From: Geosiphon pyriformis uo1
Taxonomy: Eukaryota > Fungi > Glomeromycota
NCBI GenBank assembly: GCA_016748015.1
Contig: JAAOMT010000602.1
Location: 1 to 64,000 of the forward strand
Direction of reading: 5' to 3'
Length of the DNA: 64,000 bases
The stretch's first letter is position 1. Each line of letters opens with the position of its first letter. Under the pieces are notes generated by a model. It did not search any database. It was not told where the DNA came from and worked only from the letters and a program-made list of their open reading frames with translations. A program made the position numbers and the translations under genes. Of this stretch, positions 41,137 through 53,442 are shown piece after piece.

Positions 41137-43141
41137 ATGAACTCAGGATTTGTCAAGAGGGTCTAATCAGCCACCAATCGCCAATTGGCTTCACTAAAGG
41201 GTTTCCAATGATGCAGAATTTAACTAGGAATTCTACGGTTGCTCTCTTAATTTTCCTCTGATGATAGAGAAATATAATTTGCAAAAACAAGAAAATGAAA
41301 ATGGCAGAACCTCCCTATTTATATTTGGAAAGTCATGAAATGTTGCATTCCCCGAGACTTGGTATCAACGAAAAAGAAATTAATAATGCTCAGATCGCAA
41401 AGCGAAACATGTGGTCATACCGCGAATCGTCATTGAACAGAAACCTGAAATTCTTGAAATTCGTTGGAGAGGTGAAATGGAGAATGACAAGGATGACCTG
41501 GACGATGGGTCTGACCTAACAGAATTGGCAAAGATGGTAAGTAAATTCATATTTATTGCTCCTTTCTAGCATTTCTTCTATCAAATTGTTTTTGAATATT
41601 ATCTAAGATGATGCGTCACTTGAAGACAATGTTTATCACGAGTCTATTGAAGCGGTTGACGGTGACGATAATGATTTCACCGATGAAGAATCTGAGGCTT
41701 AAAAAAACTACATTTGATAAAAATAATGACACAATAACCCTATTCCCAAAAAATATTAATTTTAAGGAAAGAATTTTTTCGATTTTTTACGGTACAGAGT
41801 ATTCATATTTTGAGCAACTTTTTGTGCCAGATAATAGATCAATTAATAATCACTGAGGAGGAAAAAAAAGCTAATTCTAAATTATTTTGTGGGAAAGCTG
41901 CCAAAACTCCTGAGCCTTATATGAAATTTCGGAATCACATACTCAATGCTTGGATAGAAGGGAAACCAAATTATGTTACCAAGACAAGTATTTGAACAGG
42001 TTTGAAGGTAGTTTCAATATGAAATTTTGAATTACCTTTTTACCACAAATTATTCAGAATATCCTTTTCTGAATTAGGATTGTAGTGATGTGAATTCTAT
42101 CAGTCGGGTTCATGCCTACTTAGAAGTAATCGGGCAATTAATGTTGGAGAAGCTTCAATTCCTCTTAAAATAAGATGACCATATCAAAGACAAAAGTATG
42201 AAGAAACCGTGGATGGATTTTATAAATTTTAGAAATATCCGTAATCGAAAAGGCTACTTTGAAGATGACTGGGCCCAGGTGGGGTTAGTTGAACAACTCA
42301 TTGAGTCTTCTGCGAATATTTTTAAATTATTTTAGAATGTAAATAGACCAAGGCACAGACGAGTTCGTGGACTTGGGGAGATGGTATGTTAGCGCGATTT
42401 CAAGAAATATTTTATAGACGAAAAACGTTGGTTTCTCCTTTATTTATTCTTTTGTGATTTGTCAAGGGTAAATGAGAAAGATCTTTATAATACTGACTCC
42501 AATGGCCGTAATCGAAGCCCATGTTTTACTTTAAAATTCTTTTGATGTTCTAACAATATAAATTATACGACAATAAGTACACTTACGATCCTTTTCAATT
42601 GATTCCCCCAAATACTCATGGAGACCTTCATCCTGCCCCATTCCGTATTACAATAACCGACACTACTATGGTATTCAATTAAAATATTTTGCTTTTTTCA
42701 TTTTTGAATTCTCCTTAATAAATTTCCTTGGTGTGAAGGTGGGATTTCGAGATTGGACCACCTAATTTCTTCGTTATCCTCGCATTTAGCAGTTGAAGCG
42801 GGAGCTTCTCAATCTTTTCATATAGATATTCGATCTTTAATTGAAAGCGGTTTTGCTCCAGTAATCAAAGAGAAAGTAGAAAAATCCAACAATTTAGAGG
42901 ATGATATTATGAAGAAAAAAATTACCCGTCCAATAGCAAGAAAGTAGCAGGTAAACAACCGTATGATTTGGATCTTTATCCTCACAAAGTCAAAGAAAAG
43001 ACCAATTATGAAGAAACCAAAATAATACCTTTTCCCACACATGGAAAAGGTCTTTCTGCTTTTTATCCTATGCTTATTGCCAATCAAAAGAATATAATTT
43101 GACAAGGACGATGATGTTGAAGAAAAATATGAGCCTAAATA
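41137..43141 (+). pseudogene. MYSM1: MYSM1-like (SWIRM + MPN histone H2A deubiquitinase) pseudogene
   Basis: SWIRM block ITEEEKKANSKLFCGKAAKTPEPYMKFRNHILNAWIEGKPNYVTKTSI*TGLK|DCSDVNSISRVHAYLEVIG/AINVG has a TGA at 41993-41995 and a frameshift near 42133. RPRHRRVR and YDPFQLIP...PAPFRITI (pre-MPN) follow, then SRLDHLISSLSSHL. The MPN core is absent. Confidence 0.8.
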
Positions 43142-43868
43142 ATAATTAAATTTTCCTTAATAATAGATTTCAATTTCCCCTAATAGAAAAGAACACTGAG
43201 AAAATAGAGAAAACATTTTGTATTTTTGTAAGACTACTTCGTAGATATTTTCACTTGATACACCTAAAAGGTTGAAATTTTCTTGAATTGGAAATTCGAC
43301 TGGTAAATTTAAATTTGAAAATAATCATTTGTCAGATCCATTTTGTCAACGTTTGTGGTTGCCATTGTTGTTAATAATATTATTATTTGAAGGTATAACA
43401 TTTTTTGTTGCCATTAGTATTATTATCAATATTTGGGTTTGGAATAGTACTACTTTTTGAAGAGTAAGAGGATGCACTTGAAAGGGGGCTGTTTTAAGAA
43501 TATTTGTAGTAGGATTACTGACACCTGTACGAGTTATGGTATGTGGATTCGCAGGCCCAAGTATTTAATTCCAGACAATTGTTATCATTCCCACTGAATA
43601 AACTTGTAAAACATATTACTAGAAAAATTTTCAACTGCGATGAAAAAATAATTGATCCTGACATATAATGTTTACGTTGACATTGAATTTTCACCCCTAT
43701 CAAAGCATCCTTTTATAGGAAAAGAAATTTAAGTTATCGTAGCTTTAATCAAACACATTTCTCAATTTTATCTTATCGAAAACACAATTTTTGTCATAAA
43801 GCCCCATAAATCAGTATTTAGCAAACGCGAAAATTCTAATTTTTTTGTTAATGCATCAATTTTAAATT

Positions 43869-44420
43869 TTGGAGAGTAAATCATTCCAGAAATCTCTTTC
43901 TCTCTTTTCCTTTTGTTGTTGTTGTCACTCTCTTTATTATCATTACTGTCTTTATCATCATCACTGTTTTTATTATTGTCACTGTTTTTATTATTATTAC
44001 TGTCTTTATTATTCTCACTATCTTTACTCTCTTTTTTTTCTCAAGCTTGTTTCTAAAAATGTTACCGCTCTACTACTACCACTACTACTACTGCTATCAC
44101 AATCACTACCACTATTTTCAAAAAATATGTCTATACATGTTTCTTTAATGCCAAGCAAAAAAAGGATTTTGAACAAAAAAAAGCTCTTTAAGGCCCTATA
44201 AGAATGAACAAGTTGCAGAATAGTCTCAGAAATTGTGGTAATTTATTATGACTGTTTTTGCTATATCAACATGTCTTCTTTCTCTATTTTATAAAATTCA
44301 TGGTTTTTTTCAATAAATTAACTTCCAATAAATATGAACTGATCAAGAATATCCTTGGTATTAACAATAAAATGCAAAGATAATAAATAACAAAATACAA
44401 ATAAAAGCATAGAAACCAAT
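43869..44420 (+). pseudogene. tnpA: IS607 serine recombinase (TnpA) relic
   Basis: KYVYTCFFNAKQKKDFEQ at 44123 (cf. YARVSSxKQKxDLERQ), LFKAL*E*TSCRIVSEIVVIYYDCFCYI at ~44185-44267 (cf. VSEVVVxHRDRLCR) and YELIKNILGI at ~44333 (cf. ELxEDLLAI). Confidence 0.75.
43910..44031. repeat. 18-bp tandem repeat (about 6-7 degenerate units) followed by a CTA/CCA run
   Basis: Units include ctctctttattatcatta, ctgtctttatcatcatca, ctgtttttattattgtca, ctgtttttattattatta and ctgtctttattattctca. Confidence 0.85.
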
Positions 44421-44429
44421 AAACACAAA

Positions 44430-45338
44430 AAAACTGTTATGAGAATGCAGATTGTTATAAAGTTGTTTGTACCAATATTATAAATACAACAATTAATTAA
44501 ACAGTGGCTGCATAAAATAAAATTATTAAATATAATACACAATAATACCAAAATGCACTAATACATTGTTATTTTGTTTTTATAAAGCATTACATTAAAC
44601 TATTAAAATTTATGTTTAAATTTCAACAAAACTTTTTGGAATTGTTTTATATTTCTTATTTTCATATTTCATCAATATATAAATATACCCATTAATACAA
44701 ACTTATATTTAATTCATATAGTAATAAACATTTATTATGGTTGAAATAAAGTACAAAAACAGCAAATAGTTTATTCTATACAAGATTATATATTAATAAC
44801 AAACTTACTTATTTTTAAAAACCAATATGTAAAAGTTTGCTTGGGTTTATAAGATATTAGACATATTGTTTGTATTTGTATCTGTATTTACATAATTTAA
44901 TATTATAAAAACAAGTTAATACAATCAACTTTTAAATGCAAAAAGAAAAAGACTAAAAACTTGATAAAGCAACAGTATATATTCAATAAAAAATTCACAA
45001 AAAGACTATTGCTTTTTTCACTTATAAATTTGATATTATTTTTATTCCTTTTGAGATATCAAAGATACTAAATTGAAAAACAAGAAAAATTAAAAAAATT
45101 TCAAAAGATGCTTTTCTGAGCACATTATCAATTTCGACAACATTTAATAGCCAAAGCAAAAAAAATTAGGAGTTCATGTTATTATCCAAAATAAAACCTA
45201 TATGTTCAAACTTGGAGTTTGTTGAAAAACATCCAAAACATTAAAGAATTTGAGATATATAAATGTAAGACTGCAATGAATAGAAATAAAAATGGCACTT
45301 GAAGAATTTTTCTCTGGGCATTGCTTGATTCTTTCTAG
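44430..45338 (+). pseudogene. Fanzor2 (eukaryotic TnpB) RNA-guided nuclease relic
   Basis: GL*DIRHIVCIC (~44845), IHKKTIAFFTYKFDIIFIPFEISKILN*KTRKI (44993), KMLF*AHYQFRQHLIAKAKK/LGVHVIIQNKTYMFK and MNRNKNGT*RIFLWALLD (45276-45329; cf. RuvC-III MDRDENGARGIFLRALLD). The N-terminal part and RuvC-I are poorly readable. Confidence 0.85.
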
Positions 45339-47163
45339 TAATGCTTAGTATTATCTATTATTGATATATTACAATCCATACAGTACATTAATTTCCAATC
45401 TATAATCTTCAAACATGCAAATTGTTCTTTGTAAAAAAGCACAGTTACCCGAAAATCACAAGAACGCTGAAGTAAGAACTTAAGGCACATAAGCTTTGAC
45501 GTATGTATCAAGATTTCAATGGTAAAAATTCATTATGCAGATTTGGTTGTGCAGTTGGTGGATAATTTTCTTGAGGTATGGACATTATATATCGCTGTAT
45601 TAAAAACTAGAAATAAAGGATTAAATTCAATTTCTGAAATTGTGTTTCGTCAGGATATATACTTTTATCAGGTTGTGGAAAGAAGTTTAATCAGTAATCA
45701 AACATTCATGGATGCTATAGAATTGGGTTCTAGCTTCAACAGAAAAATATTAAATTTTATCCTCCTCCTTAATAAAAACCATATCAGAATCCATGAAACC
45801 TTGATTTGAACACATAAATATTCATGAAGTAAAGAGAAATAAGAAAAATAGACATTTGTGTAGTTTTTGATTTTCATGTTTGTGTTTTCGAGCTTTAGTT
45901 TGCTAATTTGAATTATTGAAGAGAAGAGATACTTGGTTTAAAAGATTAATTCCTGAGAAAAATAATTTCTTATTATTATTAGTTATTAAATGGTTTTTCC
46001 AAGTTATTTTTTTGGTAAAAGATATATGAAAATAAAAATTTCTTAATTGGATCAACCAAAGAATTTTTTTTTAAAACTGCCAATATTTATCTTGTAATAT
46101 CTATTATAAAGTTCTCCACCTTTTATTCGAATAAAACAAAAAACCGAGAATTCAGAAATCAAATACTTTTTTAAAGCAGGAAATAAATGATGCACTATAT
46201 ACATGTACTATAAATGTTGATAACAATGAAATTGCACGTAGCCTTCTAGAGCAGACAGACTGTTGATATGTAGTAACAAATATTTGAACTTTCTGGGTAT
46301 GTTAAACTTCTGAAACTGATAATATATTCAAATTTGTTTTTAAAGGGGCTCATGAACAGTTTCTGTTTTTCAATGATAAACCTGTAATTTCGCTGGATGT
46401 TTAGTATAAAATTTTTGTAGCTTGAACCTATAATCCGAACGCAAGGTTTGAACTCGTGAAAAAATGTGGGAACGATAATCTGCTTAATTTTAGGTTTGAA
46501 TATTTTCATGTGACGATTCCTTTACTGCTTAAAAACTCCCAAAGATAAACGCTTGGGAATAAAACATTGAGGAGAAATTTAAAATATTTATATGAGTTTG
46601 GCGACAATAATTTCATTAATTTAAAATGGCTTAAGGTTCTTAGATATTCTTCTAAGCTTCTGGATCATGTGATTTCCTTTGATCAAATTTCAAAAAAAAA
46701 AAAAAATTGTTTTTAGCAGAACTCATCAAAGTTTTTTTATTAAGATGACTTCACAGAGGTGCAAGAACTACTTTGTAAGATCAAAATTACTTTCAGACTG
46801 AGATTTAACAATTTCTAAAATTTGTGGATTAATAATTTCCCATGAATTTAATTTAAAATTACAATGGCTAAAATTTTTTGTAGAAATAAATAATGCATGA
46901 GCGTTGGTTCAACAGTGATATTCACAGCATATATATTAATCAGTTACCTCGAAAATTAGGGTGATTTGCGGTATTCTTCTCACAATCACATGATTAATAT
47001 TTTCAATTTTTATAGGTTCCCACGAGCTACTACTCACGGAACCTCTAAAACTCTAACCCACAATATTCTGACCAAAACCCATCCCTTTTTAAAAAAACCT
47101 CGCTAGTTATTAAAAAAACAAGTTTTATTTATCAATTATTTTCTGATAGTCAAGTTTAAAATC

Positions 47164-48206
47164 ATGGTTTCTGCTACTACCACAACTCCACAACGCGGCA
47201 TCGAAACGCAAACGATACGTGCACGCATGTTAAAACGCATGCGTGACTTTACTAGTTATCAAGGAACTCGTGTCGCATTATATAAAGAATTCCAAGAGTA
47301 AGTTTCCTCAACCAGCAAGGGCAAGGGATTTCAAATAGTTTTATGATAGGTTTTCCCTTTCTGTTGAGATATATGTTGGTCCTAGGAAATAATGAACACC
47401 ATTTTGAAGACCTTTTTTTTGGAAAACCATATCAAAAAGTTCAAACCTTTTTACTCACTGCAAAAACTGCTTTTTAATTAGAGCATTTACACAAAACCTC
47501 AACTTCACAGACCCTGAACATAACATTATCAATAATCAATGCACTGATGCCGAATTCGCCCTAATTTGTCGAATCACCACTGAAGGGTTCAATGAGGTTT
47601 CTCGCGATATTCAAGCTGTCGAAAGAGAAATGAAGAATATAGGTGATATAGGTCAACAAGCTGAGCAAATTGAGCTGGGAGGATATCAAATGAGTGAAAA
47701 TATTATCGATCATGGAGAATTGGTTATTATCGGACAAGAATTAGGTGCCTTAATCAGAGTTGTGCAAGAGTTGGAAAAACAAAAGTTAAAGCTGGTAAAC
47801 TATCTAAAAATTATTTAATTGATCATAGCTTGAGATTTTCAGTTCTAACATAAGCATGTCAGATAAGGATATTTTTAATACTTTTTCTTTTTGATTTTGA
47901 TTTTGGCCTTATTTATTAGACTGTGAATACACAAATCTACATGAAACAGGCGAAGACTCAAAATAGCAAGCAGGATTTTGGTTCCTTGATTAAGGATACC
48001 CAACAAAGGTAACATGTATAGATGTTGTAAAATTTTCGCTTCTTTGCGTGAGTCTTTGAAAATATTACTTACTCATATCTGCCTGAATTTTGCCGGCGTA
48101 TATGATTCTTGTTATGATATTAAATGGTTTTAACAGTTTATCAGAGATCGTTGAACAAATAAATGAAGCCATGCAAGAGATACATGAAGTAATGACCGAA
48201 TTATAA
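47164..48206 (+). CDS. REX1-B family (C19orf60/REX1BD-like) protein
   Basis: Exons 47164-47297, 47482-47794, 47920-48008 and 48137-48206 join in frame: YQGTRVALYKEFQEAF...CRITTEGFNEVSRDIQAVE...LIRVVQELEKQKLKLTV...IVEQINEAMQEIHEVMTEL*. Confidence 0.8.
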
Positions 48207-49891
48207 ACAAGGAAAAAGAGTTGTCAAACAAATGACTGTTTATCGAGAATTAGCTTTACAGCAAGCATAATGAAGAACATGCTCAAGGAAGTTTTGCGGT
48301 ATTATTTCGATCCTGAAATCATCAGAAGCCATATTATATTTCATTTTGCAAATTGATCTCAATTTTGATGATAGTTTTAAGCCTGATCGCGGCATTGAAC
48401 AAAAGTATAGAAATTCTTAGTTCAATGCCCTAAAATTTTAACTTGAAATAATATTTAATCTTCAAAAATTTCAAGTGTACACGTTTCAAAAGCTTTATGA
48501 GGGAATATGCTGGAAGATTTAATATTTTGAACTGCCTAAAAAAAGTTCCAGTATTCCTTTGCTTATAGGAATGATCAGATAAATTTTTGGATTTCAAAAA
48601 CGAAAATAAGAAACTTGATGCTTGATTTTAATTCCTGTTTCTAAAAAACTACCAATGGTTTCTTCGAATTGCAGGTTGAATAAGAATTCAAGTATACATT
48701 TAATAACTATATTAATTCGGGAATCTAAGCATTTATTTATTTTCGAAAAAATTATTTTGTCCGTATGTTTAAATTTACGTTTGAATTTACATCTGTAAAT
48801 CTCAAGCTTAATGATCAGAAGGACCACTTTTACCCTATACATCAATAGGAGATTATCTGTGTTTCACATTGGTGTAGGGAATCACAATATTGTAATTCGA
48901 CCACTTGAAGTTTTGGCAGCTCAATCTTTTATAGGGTAATATAATTCATCATAAAAAAATGTTTCCCAGTGCATTTCAATTGGCTAAACAATTAATGAGA
49001 ATAAAGACAATCTTTTAAAATATAAACGGAAACAGTTAACTGTACTTTTAGAAAATCTTGATCAAGATGTTTGACAAAATTTCAGGGAAATTTTAATCCA
49101 GAAGGCCTCAAATTCTTTGAATTCTATCTCCATCCTTTTATTAAGGGATAATCATCCAAAGTAATGTGAGAAAAGAATGATAACATCAGATATCCGAGGT
49201 TTTTTTATTATTAAAAGTTATCCTTATCAAGTTCGGTTAATCAAAGATGCAATAGTATAATTTATTGATGTAAAAAGGCTAGGCATAGATAAGAAGTATT
49301 GAAACGGTTCTTCAAAGCTTCTAAGACGCTAAATAATGAGTCTTTTCATTCACTTTTATTTATTAACCAAATTGAATTTGACCATTGTAATAAAAAGGAT
49401 TTGAAATCAAAAAATATTTTCTAGCTAGCCTTTATTTAAATTTTTATTAAGCGAGACTTTGAAAATTTATGAACAAAGAACATAGAAATCTTGACATAGT
49501 TTATTTCAAGACATAAGATCGATCTTTGACATTATGAGAATAAAAGGGACGTAAAATTCCATTCAATGAGACAAACCCTTTTTCCAGATATTAACCATTC
49601 GATTTAAAAAATTCATTGGCATCGTCACTACTGTCAATCTTTTCATCATCTCTTAGATAAAGATTACTAATTCATTTCTTAATTTGTATTTACCATAATA
49701 ATAGGGTAACGTGAAGCTAACCTTAATGGAGAGTCATGCTACTTTAATGTCTAACGCTCTCAGGAAGGATCTTCCTTGAAAATTTTGTTTCGGGATATCA
49801 CTTTTCCAAGTAGTTGAGCAGCAATAAAAACCCATGTCCAGCATCAGTCGATTTAAAACAAAAAAAACTTCAAGCTTGACACTAATTAAGA

Positions 49892-51555
49892 ATGGCAACA
49901 CAAGAAGTATTAGACACTTTCCTCCTTGGGATTGCTGCCTTGGTGACCGTCTTCTATCAGCTTTTATTTTTTATAATCGCCTATTTCTTCCAATTCGATA
50001 AGTGTGAGTAAAAGAATTGCTCACAAAGTTTTTAATAGATTTAATTTTAATTTAATATTTATACTATTGTGGAAATAGTCACAGATTTCGCAGGTATGTA
50101 GGATGAAAGAAGTCCAAAATTACTTTGTTATTTCGAGTATGTTTTTCATTAATGAAATATAATTTTTTTTTCTTATAGGAGGATCAAACTTCATAATTAT
50201 TGCAATTATCTCCCTTGTTCTCGGACAAGTAAGCCAAGTGATTTTTCATCTATTTTCGGATTTGGATTAATTTTTGATTCGATCCCCCAAATAGGAATAT
50301 TATACGCGACAGGTGGTGGCAGCAACGTTGCAAATAGTATGGGGAATTCGTTTAGGAGGTAATCAGTAATTTTCTTTTTGATCACATTGATGATTAGTAA
50401 CTCAGGTTTAACATATTTCACCTTTGATGTGTTCTATATTGTCTTTATGTAGCATTTTGTTATTATCGTGTTTACAAGTCCGGTGGTTTTGATTCACGAT
50501 TTGACGAAATGCGAGAAAAGTTTTTTAATTTCCTTGGGTTTTGGATTTTTCAAATGGTATGGGTCTGGACTTGTTCTTTGCCGGTCATTTTTGTGAATTC
50601 CCCCCGAGTTGGTGATCCTGAAAGAGGAGGACGTGATGTAGATTTCGGTACGGCAACTGACATAATTGGCCTTGTTTTGTTTGTTTTCGGACTGTCAATT
50701 GAAAGTATTGCAGACATACAAAAGGTTTTTAGATATTTGATTTTCAATAGAGAATTATTTTTTTATAATTTAAACAGTTTCTTATTGATGCGTGTTTTTT
50801 TATGGCTAAAAGTTACGCTTTCGATTGTCTCGTTCTTCATCGCTCGAAATTATGGAGAAAGGTGTATGGGCATGGAGTCGACATCCAAATTACTTTGGTG
50901 AAATTACGGTAATCTTTTTCGAATTAATTTTCATTTTTAAGTGATCATCTTTTGTTGCTAAAGCTAATTTTTGATTACCCGATAATTGATTCATTAACGT
51001 CTGATATAGCTTTGGTAAGTTCTGAATTATATGCAAATTAATTTTCAAAATTGAACTGTTTCAAATTTTAAAAACATATTGTTCTGCTTTAGGTGGGGAA
51101 TCTTTTTTTTATGCATTCAACCAACAATTTCTGGTGTCGGTACCAATCTACCATGGATCTCGATTTTGTCACCACTTTTCACAACAAGTACAATTCTTAT
51201 TTCTTGTTTCAATCTATTTATATTAATGCAATCTCCTAAAAAACTTTTTATTCCTGATTTTTCAATCAAATTAGCTTTATTGCTCTTTGTATCGGGAATA
51301 CCGCTAGCCGAACGACCAACACAGAAAAAGCAAGTTGAAGCTGGAAATGAGGCCTCTTATCTTAGCTATTTGGAAAGGACGAGCATTTTAATTCCCTTGC
51401 CACCCGCTTTGTATAAAAGATTCCCAGAATCGATCAAGCGAACTATTTTATTGGATTTTCCTTTTTATAGGTACAAAGCGCCAGCAAGCCCAAAACTTTT
51501 GAGTACAGAAAATACAAAAACGAGCACAGCGGAGAATGAACAAGATGAATCCTGA
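49892..51555 (+). CDS. DUF1295 (steroid 5-alpha-reductase-like) membrane protein
   Basis: Multi-exon gene with [81 protein letters not shown] and YLERTSILIPLPP. Confidence 0.92.
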
Positions 51556-51987
51556 ACAATTTTCGACGCTTGAATTAATATTAAAGGCTAATTTACTCTC
51601 ATGATTATTTAGCATAATATTTTTTTAGTTTTTCTCACGTTAGCTTTAAAATTCACTGGCCTGTTGATGTCTTTTAATCGCTTCTATTTCCAAAATATTT
51701 AGGATTCATTCATCATTTAAAGTTAAGAGCTGAAATTAATCTTCCAGAGCAAAATTATTTGAATCACCACGCCTGCTGCATAAGATGAATAAAATGCTAT
51801 TTGAAAATTTTAAATTTCACAAATTTTAATTAAAAATATTAAAAAACATAGATTTTTAATAATTTCATATTGTTTTTAATGTTTTTGATAAAACTATTGT
51901 TTTTCAAAGACTTGAAATTTTATTAGCAAATTTACTTTTTGTAACATAATTTGAAATCTGATTCGAAATTTTAATTTTTTCAGACGT

Positions 51988-52022
<35 letters not shown>

Positions 52023-52227
52023 CATTTATTAGCGTGATATGCTTTATTAATTAGATTTGATAAAGATTTTTAATTTTAGTCCACAAAAATTATATTTTAC
52101 AAATTACTAAATACTAAAAAGCTACAAATTAAAATTAAAATAAAAATACAGTCTATAATTTTAGTTTTTAATACAAGATAACCACTTGTATTTGAAATTT
52201 AGGCAAAAACGTCCCGTGTCACTAATT

Positions 52228-53442
52228 TTAACAAGCATATCTTGATCGATTATTAATTTCTTGTGCCCATTCTCTTATATGTTCAGAAATATCGGTACAA
52301 TCTATTATATTCACAAGACGAACATGATGAAGGTGCATAAAAGGAACCGCCATTAGTGGTTGCATCACACGGAATGATAAATTACAACATTGGCGAAACG
52401 AGATAACTTCAATGTTATCAAACATGAGGAACGAGTTCAATGGATCAGAATTAGCAAAATCGATATCAACGAAATCGATTTCTAGTAGTGTTGAGGCACT
52501 CAGTTGAAGATTTTTAAAGATGGAGTTAACGTCACCAGCACAACATCTCAATATAAATTGATTTAGACCATGAAATTGTCGCATTGTGGCGCCAATGGTA
52601 GCAAGACTGTGTTTTTGAGAAATATTTTCGATGCCTTTCATGCTTATGTCTAGACATTCCTGAAAATGGAAAAAAAAATATTCTTTAATAATAATAATAA
52701 TAATAATAATAAAAAGCTGATTTTGAGATGAACCGATAGGAAAACATGACTTTGAAATCAATTAAAAATGAATAAATACCAAATGATTGGATAGTGCAGC
52801 AATGGTAAGTGGTCTTTGACTTTGATCCATGTAATCATTCCATACCATATGACAAGATTTTACGGAAGAAATCCACATTTCAAGGTGAGGGTTTTGCTCA
52901 AATAATGATAAAAATTCACGACGTGTTGTAAATCTAAATGGTCCAGACAATTTTTCAATTGTTGCTCCATTACGTTGCATTAAACTCAGTATGGCAGTCA
53001 CAATAATCGATTTATGATATGGAAGACGATTAGATGTACACCAAGTTTCGGCGGCGTACATCATCGCCCCAACGTCAAGATGTTTGGCAAAGAAAGGATA
53101 ATCATACATTGGGTGTTTATTTAAATTGGAAAAATTCTTGGCTCTTCGTTGTCGACCAGTATTTGGACCAAGTATTCTTTTCAAAAAATTATTTTGAACC
53201 ACAATCGATTTTCGTTCAGTGTCATTGAGAAAACAAAAATATGTGTCCAGAATTTTGTAATTATTTTTCATTTTTGAACCAAATTGAAATGGTTGACTCC
53301 ACAATAAAGGAATAACTGTTTCACACCATTGCCAATTTACCAAAAGACTCGGGTATAAATCTTTGATTGAGAAATTTTCATCAGATGACAAGAAATTTCG
53401 TAAAATTCTGTCCAAGATTTCGATAGGAAGTTTTGAAGCCAT
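52228..53442 (-). CDS. F-box / RNI-like LRR protein
   Basis: Exons 53442-52780 and 52659-52228 join in frame: MASKLPIEILDRIL, LYPSLLVNWQWCETVIPLLWSQPF, PMYDYPFFAKHLD, IEVISFRQCCNL. Confidence 0.88.

Larger units (their letters stand above)
43869..45380 (+). mobile_element. Degenerate IS607-type Fanzor2 element (serine recombinase + Fanzor2 nuclease relics)
   Basis: A TnpA relic is followed in the same orientation by a TnpB/Fanzor relic, the canonical IS607 layout. Element ends are not precisely defined. Confidence 0.82.

Noticed and set aside
43910-44031. CRISPR-like array next to a TnpB-family gene
   Set aside because: The units are head-to-tail 18-mers with no unique spacers and behave as a coding minisatellite.
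45519-46509. ORFs 45519-45809 (+) and 46246-46509 (-) as Fanzor cargo
   Set aside because: They lie beyond the inferred right end and show no recognisable domain or splice structure.
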